Assembly: GCF_006345805.1 (NCBI RefSeq)
Contig: NC_043002.1
Span: 7,316,001-7,380,000 of the forward strand
DNA from: Octopus sinensis
Lineage: Eukaryota
DNA length: 64,000 nt
Direction: 5' to 3'
Positions 40,245-54,954 of the stretch are shown here, in pieces. A model generated the notes under the pieces. The model saw nothing but the letters and a program-made list of their open reading frames with translations. It did not search any database and was not told the DNA's origin. Position 1 is the first letter of the stretch. Every line of letters starts with the position of its first letter. A program made the translations under genes and the position numbers.

Positions 40245-41236
40245 CTAGGAATCCGTATAATGTCCGAGGGTTTCTAGGTGCACCGTGGATATTTAGATCC
40301 AAATGCTATTCATAATATTATTTCGCTAACAAAATATGATGAACAGTAGTATTGCATATGTGTTTTAAACCTTATTACGTAATTTCATTCTGTTTTTATT
40401 ACTGTTTTGACTTTCCAAACGAAGATTAACAATATTTCTTTTTTCTTTATTTGATCACCAGTGCGTCACGAAGTCAAAAAGAGAACGACTGCATAGGGAT
40501 GATCTGATTTGGCTGCTATTTCTAATAATTAAGCCTTTGCGTAGAGGGTGCGTCACTGACTCTTTCGGCTCTGGTTTCTCTACTCATATGAACTGACGTT
40601 GTTTTCTTGTTATTTTTTTTTTTTACTTTTTAAATTTTTATTTCACATTTTGTTATTTTTCTATTTATCCCTTATTTTTTTCTTTAATTTTTTCTACCTG
40701 TTTCTGAAAAGTTCTGAAGCAGTTTTGACACTAATAAAACATGCCCCTTCAGCGTAAACTTTCCTGTAGAACATTTAAATCACCAAAAAAAAAGTAGCAA
40801 TTTGTTCACCTAACAGCAGCAAATAACAAGTAGCACCAGTAGCGACAGCAGCAGCAGCAGGAATCTATTATATAAAGCAAAAGAAAGAACCAAATAAACT
40901 AGCCTAACCAAATTAGCCCAACACCTCGTCTCAAACCTTGAGCCAGCTTGATAAGGGCTTACGTCCTCTCTTTATAAATTGGATTTTGTTCTGATTCATA
41001 ACATGAAAAATAACCAACAGATTAGATGGGGCGCTTGGCTAGGGTATATAATATTTACAGAAAGAAAAGAGACTGAGCGGAAAGATATGAAAGAGAGAGA
41101 TGTGAACACACACACACAAAAACACCGAGAGGCAAAAGTATGTATGCATGTTGGTAATATATATCTACAAAAGCTTCTGAGTGGGATAGGATAGCTGGAA
41201 ATCGTTCGGAAACTTGCATCGTATGTATGTATGTGA

Positions 41237-41281
<45 letters not shown>

Positions 41282-41296
41282 ATATATATGTATATA

Positions 41297-42361
41297 CAGG
41301 GGTTGGACAAAATTATGGAAACTCCTAGCATCATAGCATCATAATTTTGTAATATCTATAAAGCCGTCAAGAGCTTGTTTATTCTAATGTTTTTTGATTT
41401 ATTATTAGTGTTGCTTAATATGTTTTGCTAAAGTGGCTGTTTCTTTTGAGATATCATCAGAAAAAGGTAATCAAAATTCATTAAAATGGCAGATCTATCG
41501 AACTTTCAAAGCGGTCAAATTGACGGTGCTCGTATAGCAGGCGCTAGCGTAACGAAAACAGCCGAAATATTTGGTGTATCAAGAAGTACTGCCTCGAAAG
41601 TAATGAGAGCTTTTGAGAAAGAGGGAAAAACCTCCTAATCGAAACAAAACTCTGGAAGAAAATCAAAACTTTCAGATAGGCACTGTCGGACTCTTATGCG
41701 AATTTTCAGAAAGGATCACGAAAGTACAGCTCACAAAATTACTGCAGAGTCATCCTTTACCATATTTTCAGCCACCGGCTGAGTATACGTGTGGAGACAG
41801 CCAAAAGAAGCATTTGACCCAGACTGCCTTCTTCCAACTGTTAAACATGGAGGGGTATCTGTGATGATTTGGGGTCGGCTATATCTTGAAAATCCACCGG
41901 CCCAATGTCTTCCTTTCGTGGCAGAATTAATAGTCAAGACTATTTAAGCATCTTATCTGATCAAATTCATCCTATGGTTGCGGAACTGTTTCCAGAGGGA
42001 AACGCAATCTTTCAGGATGATAATGCACCAATTCACACAGCAAGTTGTTACTGAATGGTACGAGGAACAGTCTAGTTGGACATCTTATCTGGCCATCACT
42101 GTCCTCAGATTTCAATATTATTCAAGGTTTATGGTGCATTTTAGAAAAACAAGGTGTCGATATCCTCTACCATCATCACTTCAAGAACTGGAGACTGTTT
42201 TAGCTGAAGAATGACCAAAAATTCCTCTGGAAACAATTCAATCTTTGTACGACTCCATACCTCGTATAATTCAAGCTATAATTACTGCTAAAGGAGGTCC
42301 TACCCCCTATTAAAATAAATTTGAAATTTTAAGGTGTTTCCATTATTTTGTCCAACCCCTG
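41297..42361 (+). mobile_element. Tc1-family DNA transposon, internally deleted
   Basis: 26-bp TIRs CAGGGGTTGGACAAAATTATGGAAAC (41297-41322) and 42336-42361 (1 mismatch); TA on both sides, inside (TA)n. Confidence 0.95.
41486..42313 (+). pseudogene. Tc1 transposase pseudogene
   Basis: MADLSNFQSGQIDGARIAGASVTKTAEIFGVSRSTASKV (HTH), TVKHGGVSVMIWG, IFQDDNAPIH, SSDFNIIQGLW, KGGPTPY*; stops, frameshifts and a deletion at 41749. Confidence 0.9.
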
Positions 42362-42378
42362 TATATATATATATATAT

Positions 42379-42414
<36 letters not shown>

Positions 42415-43658
42415 ATTTATCTAAACTTGCTGCTCTTATAAGGCTCCACCATACTTATTCACGACGTTGTTCTGAACACAGTGGCTGGAAAGGGGGCATT
42501 CCATTGGAGTGCTACAGTTACAATTCCCTACCCTTGAACAGGAGAGGGAGTTGGTTTCCTTTATACAACCCTGGCTAGAATGTCCATCCGAACTATGCGG
42601 CTAAATCCAATGCCATAGGCTTCCACAGGGCGTGTTTCACGGCATGCTTGTTTGTCTGTGGTACAAACTCCAAGGATATCAGCGGAGTTGTCAGTCCAGG
42701 CCACGGCGTCTGTGTGTGTGTTTGTGTGTGCACGCGCGCTCACATACGCAAAAATTATACTCGCATAAAAGTATGTATATGACAGTAGAAATAGATCGAA
42801 AACAAACGAGTTCAAAAAAGAAAAAAAAAAGAAAAGTAGAAGAAATTTAAAAATTTACCCACCCTAATATAAAAATAAATAGACAAAGAAATATATGGAA
42901 ACTGATATATAATCGAGATAAATAATTTACGACTATCGTTGGTAACAGATTGTTTGAACTAACAGAGAAAATATTCCACAATAGGTCATATTCTTTTGAG
43001 AAACAAATAACAACTGAAAATATAGCAAACAAAACAAAAAAATGAAAAATGTTACTGACATAGCTTTCTGGTTAAGAAATTTGTTTCACATCCATGTAGT
43101 TGTAGACTTGTTCCTTTTATACAACACCTACACAAGAAATCCCATATTCAAAGAGCCTGGGCAAGTTGGGTCTTTGAGTTTATATTTTTTACGAAAGCTT
43201 TGTGAGTGAAGTTTTAGTTGAGGGAAACATGGCAAAAACCGACAGACACGCATGGCACACACATATACATACACACAGACAAACACACACACTTACGTGT
43301 TGTGTGGATCACACTAAATATTTCCAAGACTTGTCCTGTCTTTTCTTGTATATTTTTAGGTATGATATATCAGGAATAAATATGGTTGAATGATCATGTA
43401 GGGCCTCCTACGATAACTTGATGTTTCTTTCTAATCAGAAAGTTGTGATTTCAAGAAAAGATGGCTTCTATTTTTAACAAGGCAAGCCATTATATAGAGG
43501 CCATCCTACTGACTGGTCCCTCTTAATTGAAATATGAAGCTGCAATCGAGACTTTAAAAACGACTGGAACCCACCGGAAGAATCATATAAATAAAGGGTT
43601 ATAAGATTCATGCTTAAGATTTTAATCGTACCTTCCATAGAACATGTACTAATTAAAT

Positions 43659-43700
<42 letters not shown>

Positions 43701-43959
43701 ATTTCGGCCACTGGTAATTTCCTTATTTTATTCGAACACATAAGACAGCTATTATGCTTCCTCCCCACAAAAAACCACCACGTGGATTCTGTTGAGACCA
43801 GTAAGAAACAAATATGAACTTTTTTTATTACACTTAACTTTTAAAAATATTTTTGATATGGTTCGTCTTTTCAAGAAGAACAGAAACATAAAATTTCTAA
43901 GAAAATTAAAATGTATCTTATAATATAGTGGCGCTTTCAAACTTCATTTTTATAAATAA

Positions 43960-44009
<50 letters not shown>

Positions 44010-44937
44010 CAGATTACTGGCATATATATCTTGCTTCACTCACTCAGAAGGTGATTGAGAAAAAATGTGTAACAGAGCATCACTGAACCCAGGAAAGAGC
44101 TTCCCTTGCAGCTAGTGCTGCCGGGCCTGCATGTTTTGTGTTAGCCTTGTCAGACTCCTGGAAGACTGCAGTCGATGTAGACAGGCTCCTTCAAGAGTTT
44201 GCCGAAACAAGATGAAATTAGAATATGCACTGATATCGCTAACACGTTACTATTATATCTTGTGAGGATCATAAACATTTAGGACATCAAGTCCAGCACG
44301 AAAATAAAGCAAGTCCCAAAAATCACGGTGCGCAACAACTTGGCCGTGTGACCTACTAGCAACAACAAACATGCCCCCTTAAATCACACCATACTAGTAG
44401 TGGTCCGCCCCAGGAGACGTTTTTACTGGAGCGGCAGTTTTGAGTCTGCTGGTTAAGCCTGTATAGTTTTAGGGACTTTGGGGAGCGGAAAACTCAAAAG
44501 CTGCCCCGGCACAATTATTCTAACTGTGCTATTGCAACATACTGTTTTAAAAGAAACACATTGGGCTCTGTTATACAGATATCTATTCCCTTACAAGTAC
44601 TGAGTGTTCTTAACTAATTTTGCCACTGGCTGCACTAATAGGAACACTACGATGTAGGGGAGTTATATCAGTACTCCAGACACTTTTTAATGGTGAGTTG
44701 CCAATCAGGGTACAATCCGGATGAATCAGTCTAGTGAAATACGAAAGTGTGTTTGTTTGCTTGTGTCTGCATGGATACGCATGCGTGCTGAGTGTATATG
44801 TATGCGTATTTTGCTCACGTTAGCTGGTAAGTGGATTTGAATGAATAGTGAGACGTGTTTGTGCGAATGTGTGTGTGTATTTATGTATGTAGGTCGGCAA
44901 GTATGTATGCACGTATATGTGTGTGTTTGTAAATTAA

Positions 44938-45089
44938 GGCGAGGTAGTGTGACAGAGGTTTTGCTTCCCAAACATAGGGACTCAAGTTCTTGTCTCCACT
45001 GCGAGGCACTTTGGCCAAGTTTCTTTTACTATAGCCGAATAAAACCTTATGAGTGGACTTTGTAGATGGAAAGCGAAAGAAGCCCATCG
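44938..45089 (+). mobile_element. SINE family B, decayed 5' half
   Basis: CCACTGCGAGGCACTTTGGCCAAG...GAGTGGACTTTGTAGATGGAAAGCGAAAGAAGCCCATCG. Confidence 0.65.
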
Positions 45090-45094
45090 TTTTA

Positions 45095-45435
45095 TATGTA
45101 TGTATGTATGTATGTATGCATATATGTATGCATGTATGTATGCATGTATGCATATATGTATGCATGTATGTATGTATGCATGTATGTATGCATGTATGTA
45201 TGCATATATGTATGCATGTATGCATATATGTATGCATGTATGCATATATGCATGTGTTTGTGTTTATATATGTATGTTTATATGTATGTGTGTATTCATG
45301 TATGTGTTTGTGTATATGTATGTATGTATGTTTATATGTATGTATATGTTTGTGTATATGTATGTATGTTTATTTGTATGTATGCATGTTTATATGTATG
45401 TATGTATGTATGTATGAATGTATGTATGAATGTAT
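45095..45435. repeat. (TATG)n/(TGCA)n compound tetranucleotide array
   Basis: Direct inspection. Confidence 0.9.
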
Positions 45436-46138
45436 GTAGTGTGTACACCTTCGCCTACTCATCAAGTGATGGCTTGAGCATCAACGTCATACAACTGATG
45501 TTCTTCACTCCCAGTCACCAAGGAATAACATTCTGGCTATGGGAAATCGTATATTTCATTTTCAATTAGCAGACGTTCGTGACTCCAGGGCCAAAAGTTT
45601 CGTGCATACCACTAATCAGACTTTCATTTATATATATATAAAGAAACACACGCACACTAGTTTATTAATCTTATTATGGTAGTGAAGACACGAGCCCGTA
45701 TTATAACAACTGCCTGAGGAATAGCCACATGAAACTGAGTAACAGTTCGTGAAGTTTTTTCAGCTTTAATAAAATAGTATCTTACTGTATCAACTTGTGT
45801 ACATTACATATATCCTACATCATATATATATTATATACATATATCCTACATTACATAAGATACCCTACATTATATATATCCTACAAGCAATCGGTAGTAA
45901 AAATATTAAGCATCATGTCAATAAGAACCTACAGTATATATCTTTATCAAGGTTAATACAAACCTCAAAAACACGATAATTAATTTTTTAATACCTTAAT
46001 ATATATGTATATGAGTGAGCGTGTGATATACATACGTATTTACATCTATATGGTGGAGCGAGCGTGTGCGCGTGCTTGCTTCTGTGTGCGCAATACCAAA
46101 TGGAAATTAATTTTTTTTTAATGTTTGAGAAGATATAA

Positions 46139-46139
46139 C

Positions 46140-46228
<89 letters not shown>
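46139..46228. repeat. (TAA)n, about 30 units
   Basis: Direct inspection. Confidence 0.95.
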
Positions 46229-46546
46229 GGCATAAGAAAGAGAGAAGTGTTCAGAAAGAGACTTGTAAATTAAGCAATGCAACGAATAGCAACAGGCTGG
46301 CGTGCAGACATGCAACTAAAAAATACGATTTTTTTTTAAATTAGTTTTATTTTTGATTTTTTTTTTGGCTTTGTGTGATTTTGCACGAGTTGATAGATAA
46401 ACAAAATGAATAATAAAAAGAATTATATAAATTAAAATTAACAGTTGACATCTGCAGCACAAAGAACGTCTACGCATGCACTCGATGAACCGGTGGGCAA
46501 ACATAAACACACATATAAACACATGTAAACAAACACACACACACCC

Positions 46547-46582
<36 letters not shown>

Positions 46583-46848
46583 ATATATGTATGTATACAC
46601 AAACACACATACACGTATATATATATATTTACATATACAAACATATAAATATATATGCATGTATGCATACAAACATACATATTTATTTAATACTTAGGCC
46701 CTTTTTACTTATATATAAATATATTATATATGTGTGATGATCATATATATATATATGTATATATATGTATATATATATATATGTATATATATGTATGTTT
46801 CTTAAATGGCTTATAAACACCTTCCACGTTGCAATATGTATGTATATA

Positions 46849-46882
<34 letters not shown>

Positions 46883-47360
46883 CACACAACGTTTACATAA
46901 GCTCCAAACCCACAAAGTTTCCTTGTAATCAAAAGCAAGGACACAGAATGAAGTACATAATTCCAGAGAAACTGACAACAAAACAGCTGCGTTGAAGTAC
47001 TTGTGTCTCATACTTCCCGCCAAAACCAGAACATAGTAAGGAAGGAAATTGTTGGCGAATGAACCGTACATAAAAGAGAGATGGACAAATAGTTGTGTAA
47101 GGCTTGCATAATATGAACCTGTGTTAAAAAGTCAAATATTCTTCTAGCAAAAGGTCCAACGAGACTCAAACATACTATGTATATCTGATATATAATATAT
47201 ATATATATTATATGTGTGTGTGGTGTGTGTGTGTATGTATATGCATGTATTCTACAGAACATCTCAAAGCTAGGCACTCGGAAAAAGAAACAATACCAAT
47301 GTAAGTGATCCCCCCACACACATAACGAATGTGTGTGTGTGTGCGTGTGTCTGTGTGTGA

Positions 47361-47691
47361 TCCTTTACTTGTTCCACTCATTGGTTTGCGGCTATGCTGA
47401 GCACAGGTGTTAAAGGGTTAAATCGAACGAAGCGGTCCCAGTCTAGTACATGTTTTATCGGTTACTTGCACTGAAGCGCTAAGTTATGGAGACGTAAACA
47501 AACCCACTTCGGTTCTCAAGTAGTGATAGGAGACAAACACAAGCATAAAACACGCACATTGAACTACACACACACACACACACCACACACACACACACAC
47601 ACATTCGGTACGAATTTAAAATAGAAAACACTCGTCCAAGGGGTCAGGCAATGGGAATGAACTCGGAACCATGTGGTTGAAGAACAAACTG
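47361..47691 (-). mobile_element. SINE family B, decayed
   Basis: TTTACTTGTT...GCGGCTATGCTGAGCAC...GAACTCGGAACCATGTGGTTG. Confidence 0.65.
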
Positions 47692-48149
47692 TGTGTTTTT
47701 ATGTCAGTGCGTGTACGTGTCTGCCCGGGGGCCAGCGCGTCCATTTATGTATGTATATATGTGAGATAGGAATAAATAGATACACACACACACACACACT
47801 ATACTGTATGAATATAAACTGAATATGTGAAAAATGGCATTTAGTTATAAGGTTTCCATGCAACACAACGTGTAAGACCAAGCAACTCGTAAACACTCAC
47901 ACAAGGACATTATAGGAAATTACAAATAGAAAATAAAGAAAAGTACAAACCAAAACACAAACGTTTGGATGATAAAGAAGAAAATTGTGACACTCTCATA
48001 GCTAAGAAAACAAAAAGCATTTCACTAAACGCAAACAACACATAAGAAATCAAAAGTGCATTGTGGATGTGTGTATACATATATTGTCATAAAAATTCAT
48101 ACAAGCCTAAACGGAGACATACATAAACAATCATTCATAGTTTCACATA

Positions 48150-48204
48150 TACATATGTGCGTTCACCAGCACATACACATATTATTTATATGTATGTAGT
48201 ATGC

Positions 48205-48236
<32 letters not shown>

Positions 48237-48461
48237 GTATATATGGTGTATATATATATGTATATATATATTTATATATATATATGTGTGTATATATATA
48301 TGTATATATATATTTATATATATATATATATGTGTGTAATATATATAGTATATATATATATATATATTATATATAGATATATATATATTTATATTATATA
48401 TATATGTGTTGATATATATTGTATTATATAATTTATATATATATATATATATATATTTTTA

Positions 48462-48494
<33 letters not shown>

Positions 48495-49058
48495 ATATAT
48501 ATATATATAGATATATATATGTATATATATATATTATTATGTATATATATAATATATATATATATATTGTATCTATATAATATATATGTATATATATATA
48601 TATATATGATATATATATTATATGTATATTATATATATATAATGTATATATATATATATATATATGTTATGTATATATATATATATGTGTATATATATAC
48701 TCAAACACCACCCGCCCACACATACACACAAGCAAATGTACAAGTATGCACGCATGACCAAAAATAAGTATAGATGTACACATATAAACATGCAAATGTA
48801 TATATCTGTGTGTGTGGGTGTATGTATGTGTGTGTACATACACACACATACATTGAGATAGATACAGAAATGTATGCACAAAAATACACAAATAAAAATC
48901 TGTGTACACGCATACATTTCCACATGTATATTTGTGTAAGTATATATATATATAATATATATATATGTGTGTGTATAAGCATATATCTATATCTACATAA
49001 ATGTATGTACACACTCCCACACAATACACATATGTCTACACACGTTATACATATATAG

Positions 49059-49110
<52 letters not shown>

Positions 49111-49260
49111 TCACACACGTGCAGATTTCTTCATACAGACGCATATGTTTGTATGTGTATACATTCATGTATATATCTATCTGTGTATGTATATATATAT
49201 ACATTAATATGTAACAGTGCATATATACATATGTGTATTTATATGTATTCTTAAACATTC
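48150..49260. repeat. Long TA/TG/CA low-complexity tract
   Basis: Direct inspection. Confidence 0.9.
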
Positions 49261-50025
49261 ATAAATAAATGAAGAGATAAATAGATAGGTAGATATGTAT
49301 ATAGAGAGAGATAAGGAGATGCACACACATAATTATATAGAAACATACATGCTTATACAGTAAATATATGTTAACTGATATTCGTGCTTAACAAGAGGCA
49401 TTATATATATATATACATATATATATATATACATACATATATATTTATATATATTTATATATATATATATACACACAAACACATACATGTGTGTGAGTGT
49501 ATGTGTGCATGGGTATGCGCGGACATATCTATATTTATTTATGCCCACATACACACACATAAAGATAATTTTTGTAGAATTGAAATATTATAAGAGAAAT
49601 CAAAGAGATAAAGTGTTAGTAAGAAAAAGTAAGAAAAAAGAACAAAATTTGCATACGTTGTTTTTTTTTTTACTCTTTTAGACAATTCAACATTCAATGA
49701 GAAATGACAACAACACAAGCCAGAAAAAAAAAAAAAAGGTATATTCCAATAAAATTCTAAAATTAACTGCACCAACTTTCCAACACCATTCTGTTCACAA
49801 AACCATTCAACAGACATTTCAAACATTTCTCTCATCAGAAGAATTGAAAAAGAAATTTGAACACAAATTTCTTGAACAAAATTCTTCTACCTACAAATGT
49901 TTTTATATACTTCATCTAAAACATATCCTTAATCACACACGCACACGTATGTATGTGTGTCTATATATATATTTGCATACATATATATATATATTTGCAT
50001 ACATACATATATATATTTATATTTG

Positions 50026-50056
<31 letters not shown>

Positions 50057-50109
50057 TATACTATATATATATCATAGACTATATATACTATATATATATA
50101 TATATAATA

Positions 50110-50168
<59 letters not shown>

Positions 50169-50297
50169 ATATATATGGATGTGAGTGTGTGTGTGTTTGA
50201 GTGTATACACACAAAAATCTATATTTCCAACCATTTAAAATAGAAATTACATGGCATAGGAAATGAAAGAATTTTTACTCTTCCCCCCACCCCACCA

Positions 50298-50342
<45 letters not shown>

Positions 50343-51578
50343 CCTTCTCATTCTCTCTTGCTATCCCAACAACATTTTTATTTCTTTTGGTGTCACAGAA
50401 ATATGAAGAAAACACTAATTGCCTTTAAAATTGTTATACATACATATATTGCTGCATATGTATAGAAGTATACACACTCGCACACACATACATATATATA
50501 TTTAAATTTATATACACTTGTATACACACGCACACACATATATATATATATGCATATATATACACGAGTATTCACATATGTGTGCGTAAATATACAAGTG
50601 TATATATATAAATATACATATATGTATGTGTGTATGTATGTATTATATGCATGAGTATGCTCGTGGTGTATGACCGAAAACACATGTACTTATATGTGTT
50701 AAAACTAAACTGGTATAGATACACACACATTTGTACAAATATAAAATATATATACACACACGCAAAAACTCACACAAATGTACGTTCATGCATACAGTAA
50801 AAAAAGGGGGGGATGAGGTAAAGATTTCAGTTGACATTTCATTGATGTTTATATTCAGACATGCAAGTGAGTGCTTACTTACATCCCTATTTTTATAGAC
50901 AAGCTTACATACATAAAGGAGGGGGGTGGGGCGGGGGGAAATGGTCTCTAATTGTGTTTCATCACAAGTGTATATACTCACTCATGTTATATGATAGCGA
51001 CTGTCGTCCGAGTACTAAAAAACAAATGAACGGTAGATACAGATATATTATAATCATCATCAATATTATCATTATTATTATCATTTTTATTACTATTATT
51101 AGTAGTAGTATTATTATCATCATCATCATCGTTATTTTATTATGGTATCATTTTTTAAAATATTTATTATTATCATCATTGTTATCATTAACATTTACCA
51201 TTATTCAGAGAAGGTTTTTAAAAGAAAATGGCACTAAATTGTTAAAACACATATTATATTATTTCCATACATACAAACTTCTAAAAAAAACAGAAATGGA
51301 CTATTAATTTTCATTTTTTTTATAAAGGAAATTATAAGATATAGACAAATTTACTAAAGGTGATATTTTTGAAAAAATTTCTTATTCAAAAGCAATGTGG
51401 ACTAATGCTAAATAAACATTAAAACCTTAAGTGCTAGAATTTTAGAACTGAGGTAGCAATTTTGGTACAAGATTTATTGGAAGAGATGTTAGTTTTCTTT
51501 CTGAAATTTTAAACCTAAATAGCACCTAGTTTATGTTTACACTCACAAACACACAAATCCCCCCTCTCTCTGTCTATA

Positions 51579-51623
<45 letters not shown>

Positions 51624-52172
51624 ATATATATATATATATGTAATATATTTATATATATACACCTATATGTATATGCATATACATGTGTATATATAAATAT
51701 ATATTTACATATATACATATATATACACATTTATATGTGTGCAAATATATATATGTATATATATCCAAATATATATATTTACATACAAAAATTAAAAGAA
51801 AATAGAGATTTACGATGGACATTTTAATTTATTAACAATATTATAATTATAATAATACATATATCAGCATATACATGTGTATATATGTACATATACATAG
51901 GTGTATATATATATATATATATGTGCAGATATATACCTGTATATATGTATCTATATGGTACTTGTCGATCACTTCCTGTACCTACACCTTAGAACCCTCA
52001 AGACATCTAATGTGGCTTTTTAAACCAGGCAATGTTTTCAAAAAGAAACCCGCATAGACTGCACATAGTATTTGGACCACCAAGAGCTGCAGTTAAGTTC
52101 TGATCTTTGTGGACCTTCTACATATATGTACATATGTATATATATAGATAAATATACATACATACATATATT

Positions 52173-52209
<37 letters not shown>

Positions 52210-52603
52210 GTATATACATACATATATAGGTATAAATATATACATACACAATATATATAATACATATGTGTATTATATATAGATAGATAGATACCTGTGT
52301 GCATATACATTTATATATATATGTACATGCATATATATACATATATGTATATATATATATGTTATGCATATATTACATATATGTATATATATATATGTAT
52401 ATGCATATATACATATATACACATATATATATATACATATATATGTACATACATATATATATATACGTACATACATAATATATACGTACAACACATATAT
52501 ATATATATATATATACATGCATATATGTGTATATTTATATGTATTTATATGTATACGTATATATATTTATATATATACACACATATATTATATATATATA
52601 TAT

Positions 52604-52943
52604 ACATTATTTACACTAGACGAACATTTGTTCTTATCGGGTTTTTGTTAACACAACGTTTCAACTGATGTACCCTCCAGAACAAACAGGTGTCTTGGGG
52701 AATTTTCGAACATGGGTTCTCATTCCTATGGTATTTTCCGATGTTGTTGCTGTTATTATTATTATTATTATTATTATATTTCAGGTCACTCCCTGGAATC
52801 GAACTCGGAATCTTGTGGTTGGTAGTCTGAGCTCTTAACCACGACGCCATATGCTCGTGGGCATAGACCCTTCTTCATATGGCGTAGTGGTTAAGAGCGC
52901 CGGATACTGACCCCAAGATTCCGAGTTAGATTCTATGCAGCTA

Positions 52944-52999
<56 letters not shown>

Positions 53000-53190
53000 G
53001 CAACAACAACAACGAAAAATATATTAGGAATGAGAAGGTAGGTTCGAATATTCCCCAAGACACCTGATGAAGGCTGGAGGATATAACAGCCGAAACATTG
53101 TGTTGACAACAAACAAGATGAGGACAAATACCCGATAAATGTAAAGTGTCAATAAAGTACATAATTCTTCATCTCTTACATATAGAACTG
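52604..53190. mobile_element. Head-to-head palindrome of a tRNA-headed, HHR-tailed non-autonomous retroelement
   Basis: Left arm 52604-52853 (-) and right arm 52876-~53145 (+), 22-nt spacer; A box TGGCGTAGTGG (52880-52890); intact B box GAGTTCGATTCC in the left copy (52795-52806, minus); (TAA)n linker; HHR motif. Confidence 0.8.
53059..53104 (+). ncRNA. Minimal type I hammerhead ribozyme motif (PLE type)
   Basis: GACAC-CTGATGA-A-GGCTG(10 nt)CAGCC-GAA-ACAT-T-GTGTT; the antisense copy (52650-52694) retains the palindromic stem III ACGT. Confidence 0.7.
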
Positions 53191-53191
53191 C

Positions 53192-53227
<36 letters not shown>

Positions 53228-53804
53228 ATATATATATTATATATACATACATACATACATACATATAAATATACACATGTACATATATATTTACTGATAC
53301 ATATCTATATACATGTATACATATATATACACGCAACATATATATATATATATACATACATATATATATACACACACATATATATATACATATATATACA
53401 CACACATATATATATATACATATATATGCACACACATATATATATATAGATATATATATGTAAATATGTATATATATATTTTTATACTTACATATACTTA
53501 TACATATATATTTATCCATATATATATACACATACATATATATACACGTATGTATAAATACATAATTTATTGAAGCTAATGCACTACACAAAGTATTACA
53601 CATCTGATCGGTTACTTCTATGTCGGAGCAAAACTTTGTGACATGTTTGAACGTCAATAATTATTATTTTACTCATTAGGTATCGAGTGCTATTTTTCTA
53701 CTTATTTTACATCTATGTTTCCTTCCATAATTACATGTGTGTGTGTATATGTATACATGTAAACAAATTGTATATGCATACATACATACACATACATATG
53801 TATA

Positions 53805-53837
<33 letters not shown>

Positions 53838-53842
53838 CATAT

Positions 53843-53874
<32 letters not shown>

Positions 53875-53906
53875 CATATATAATATATATATCTATATAT
53901 ATATAT

Positions 53907-53957
<51 letters not shown>

Positions 53958-53987
53958 TACATATATATAATATATATAGATAATTAC

Positions 53988-54040
<53 letters not shown>

Positions 54041-54151
54041 ATATATATATATATATATATCATCTATATATATATATATATAATAATACATATATATATA
54101 TATACATATCTATATATACATATATTATATATATATATATATATACATATA

Positions 54152-54224
<73 letters not shown>

Positions 54225-54234
54225 ATATATATAT

Positions 54235-54287
<53 letters not shown>

Positions 54288-54294
54288 TATAATA

Positions 54295-54345
<51 letters not shown>
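53191..54345. repeat. Long (TA)n-dominated low-complexity tract
   Basis: Direct inspection. Confidence 0.9.
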
Positions 54346-54347
<2 letters not shown>

Positions 54348-54903
54348 GACTTTGATAACTTCGATAGGTTTTGTCCAGGATAGGCCGACCAGAACATACA
54401 TATATTTATAACATACTTATATACACATATAATACACACATATACATCTATTTATGAATATTTCTTCCGTCTGATTGAAACTATATGTTGAATGTCTTAA
54501 TTCTTAATATAACAAAATACAGACAACATAAAGTCACATACACAAACATAAGGACATGTACACGTAACAACGATGAGGCAGAACAAGTAAGAAACATGTA
54601 TACAAATCCAGCCACACTTCAACACAAACTTCCTTTATACGGTTACTTGATCATAATACATTTATTTACTTATTATACATTTATAATACTTCTATGTAAG
54701 GTGTTTTTCGCACAGAGAATCGAGTGCTCAAAATTGAATCCGTTGAGTGCGGCTAGTATTTTGAAAGATGAGAAATAACATGTCATATATTCATTACAAT
54801 TCAAAGGAGCTTCTTTTGCCTTACACTAAGTATGGATAGGAGCAATTACGTGCCTGAAAGATTCTTGAAGTTAAATACATACACACTCACAGACATACAC
54901 ACG

Positions 54904-54954
<51 letters not shown>

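Noticed and set aside
44040-44520. Possible hAT transposase C-terminus (AVDVDRLLQEFAETR*) and GGTCCGCCCC MITE-like pieces
   Set aside because: The similarity is too short, and no TIR pair or 8-bp TSD could be found.
2038-54345. Dozens of YI/CV/HT/ER-rich ORFs in the supplied track
   Set aside because: They are translations of (TA)n, (TG)n, (CA)n, (GA)n and tetranucleotide microsatellites, which lack stops in some frames.
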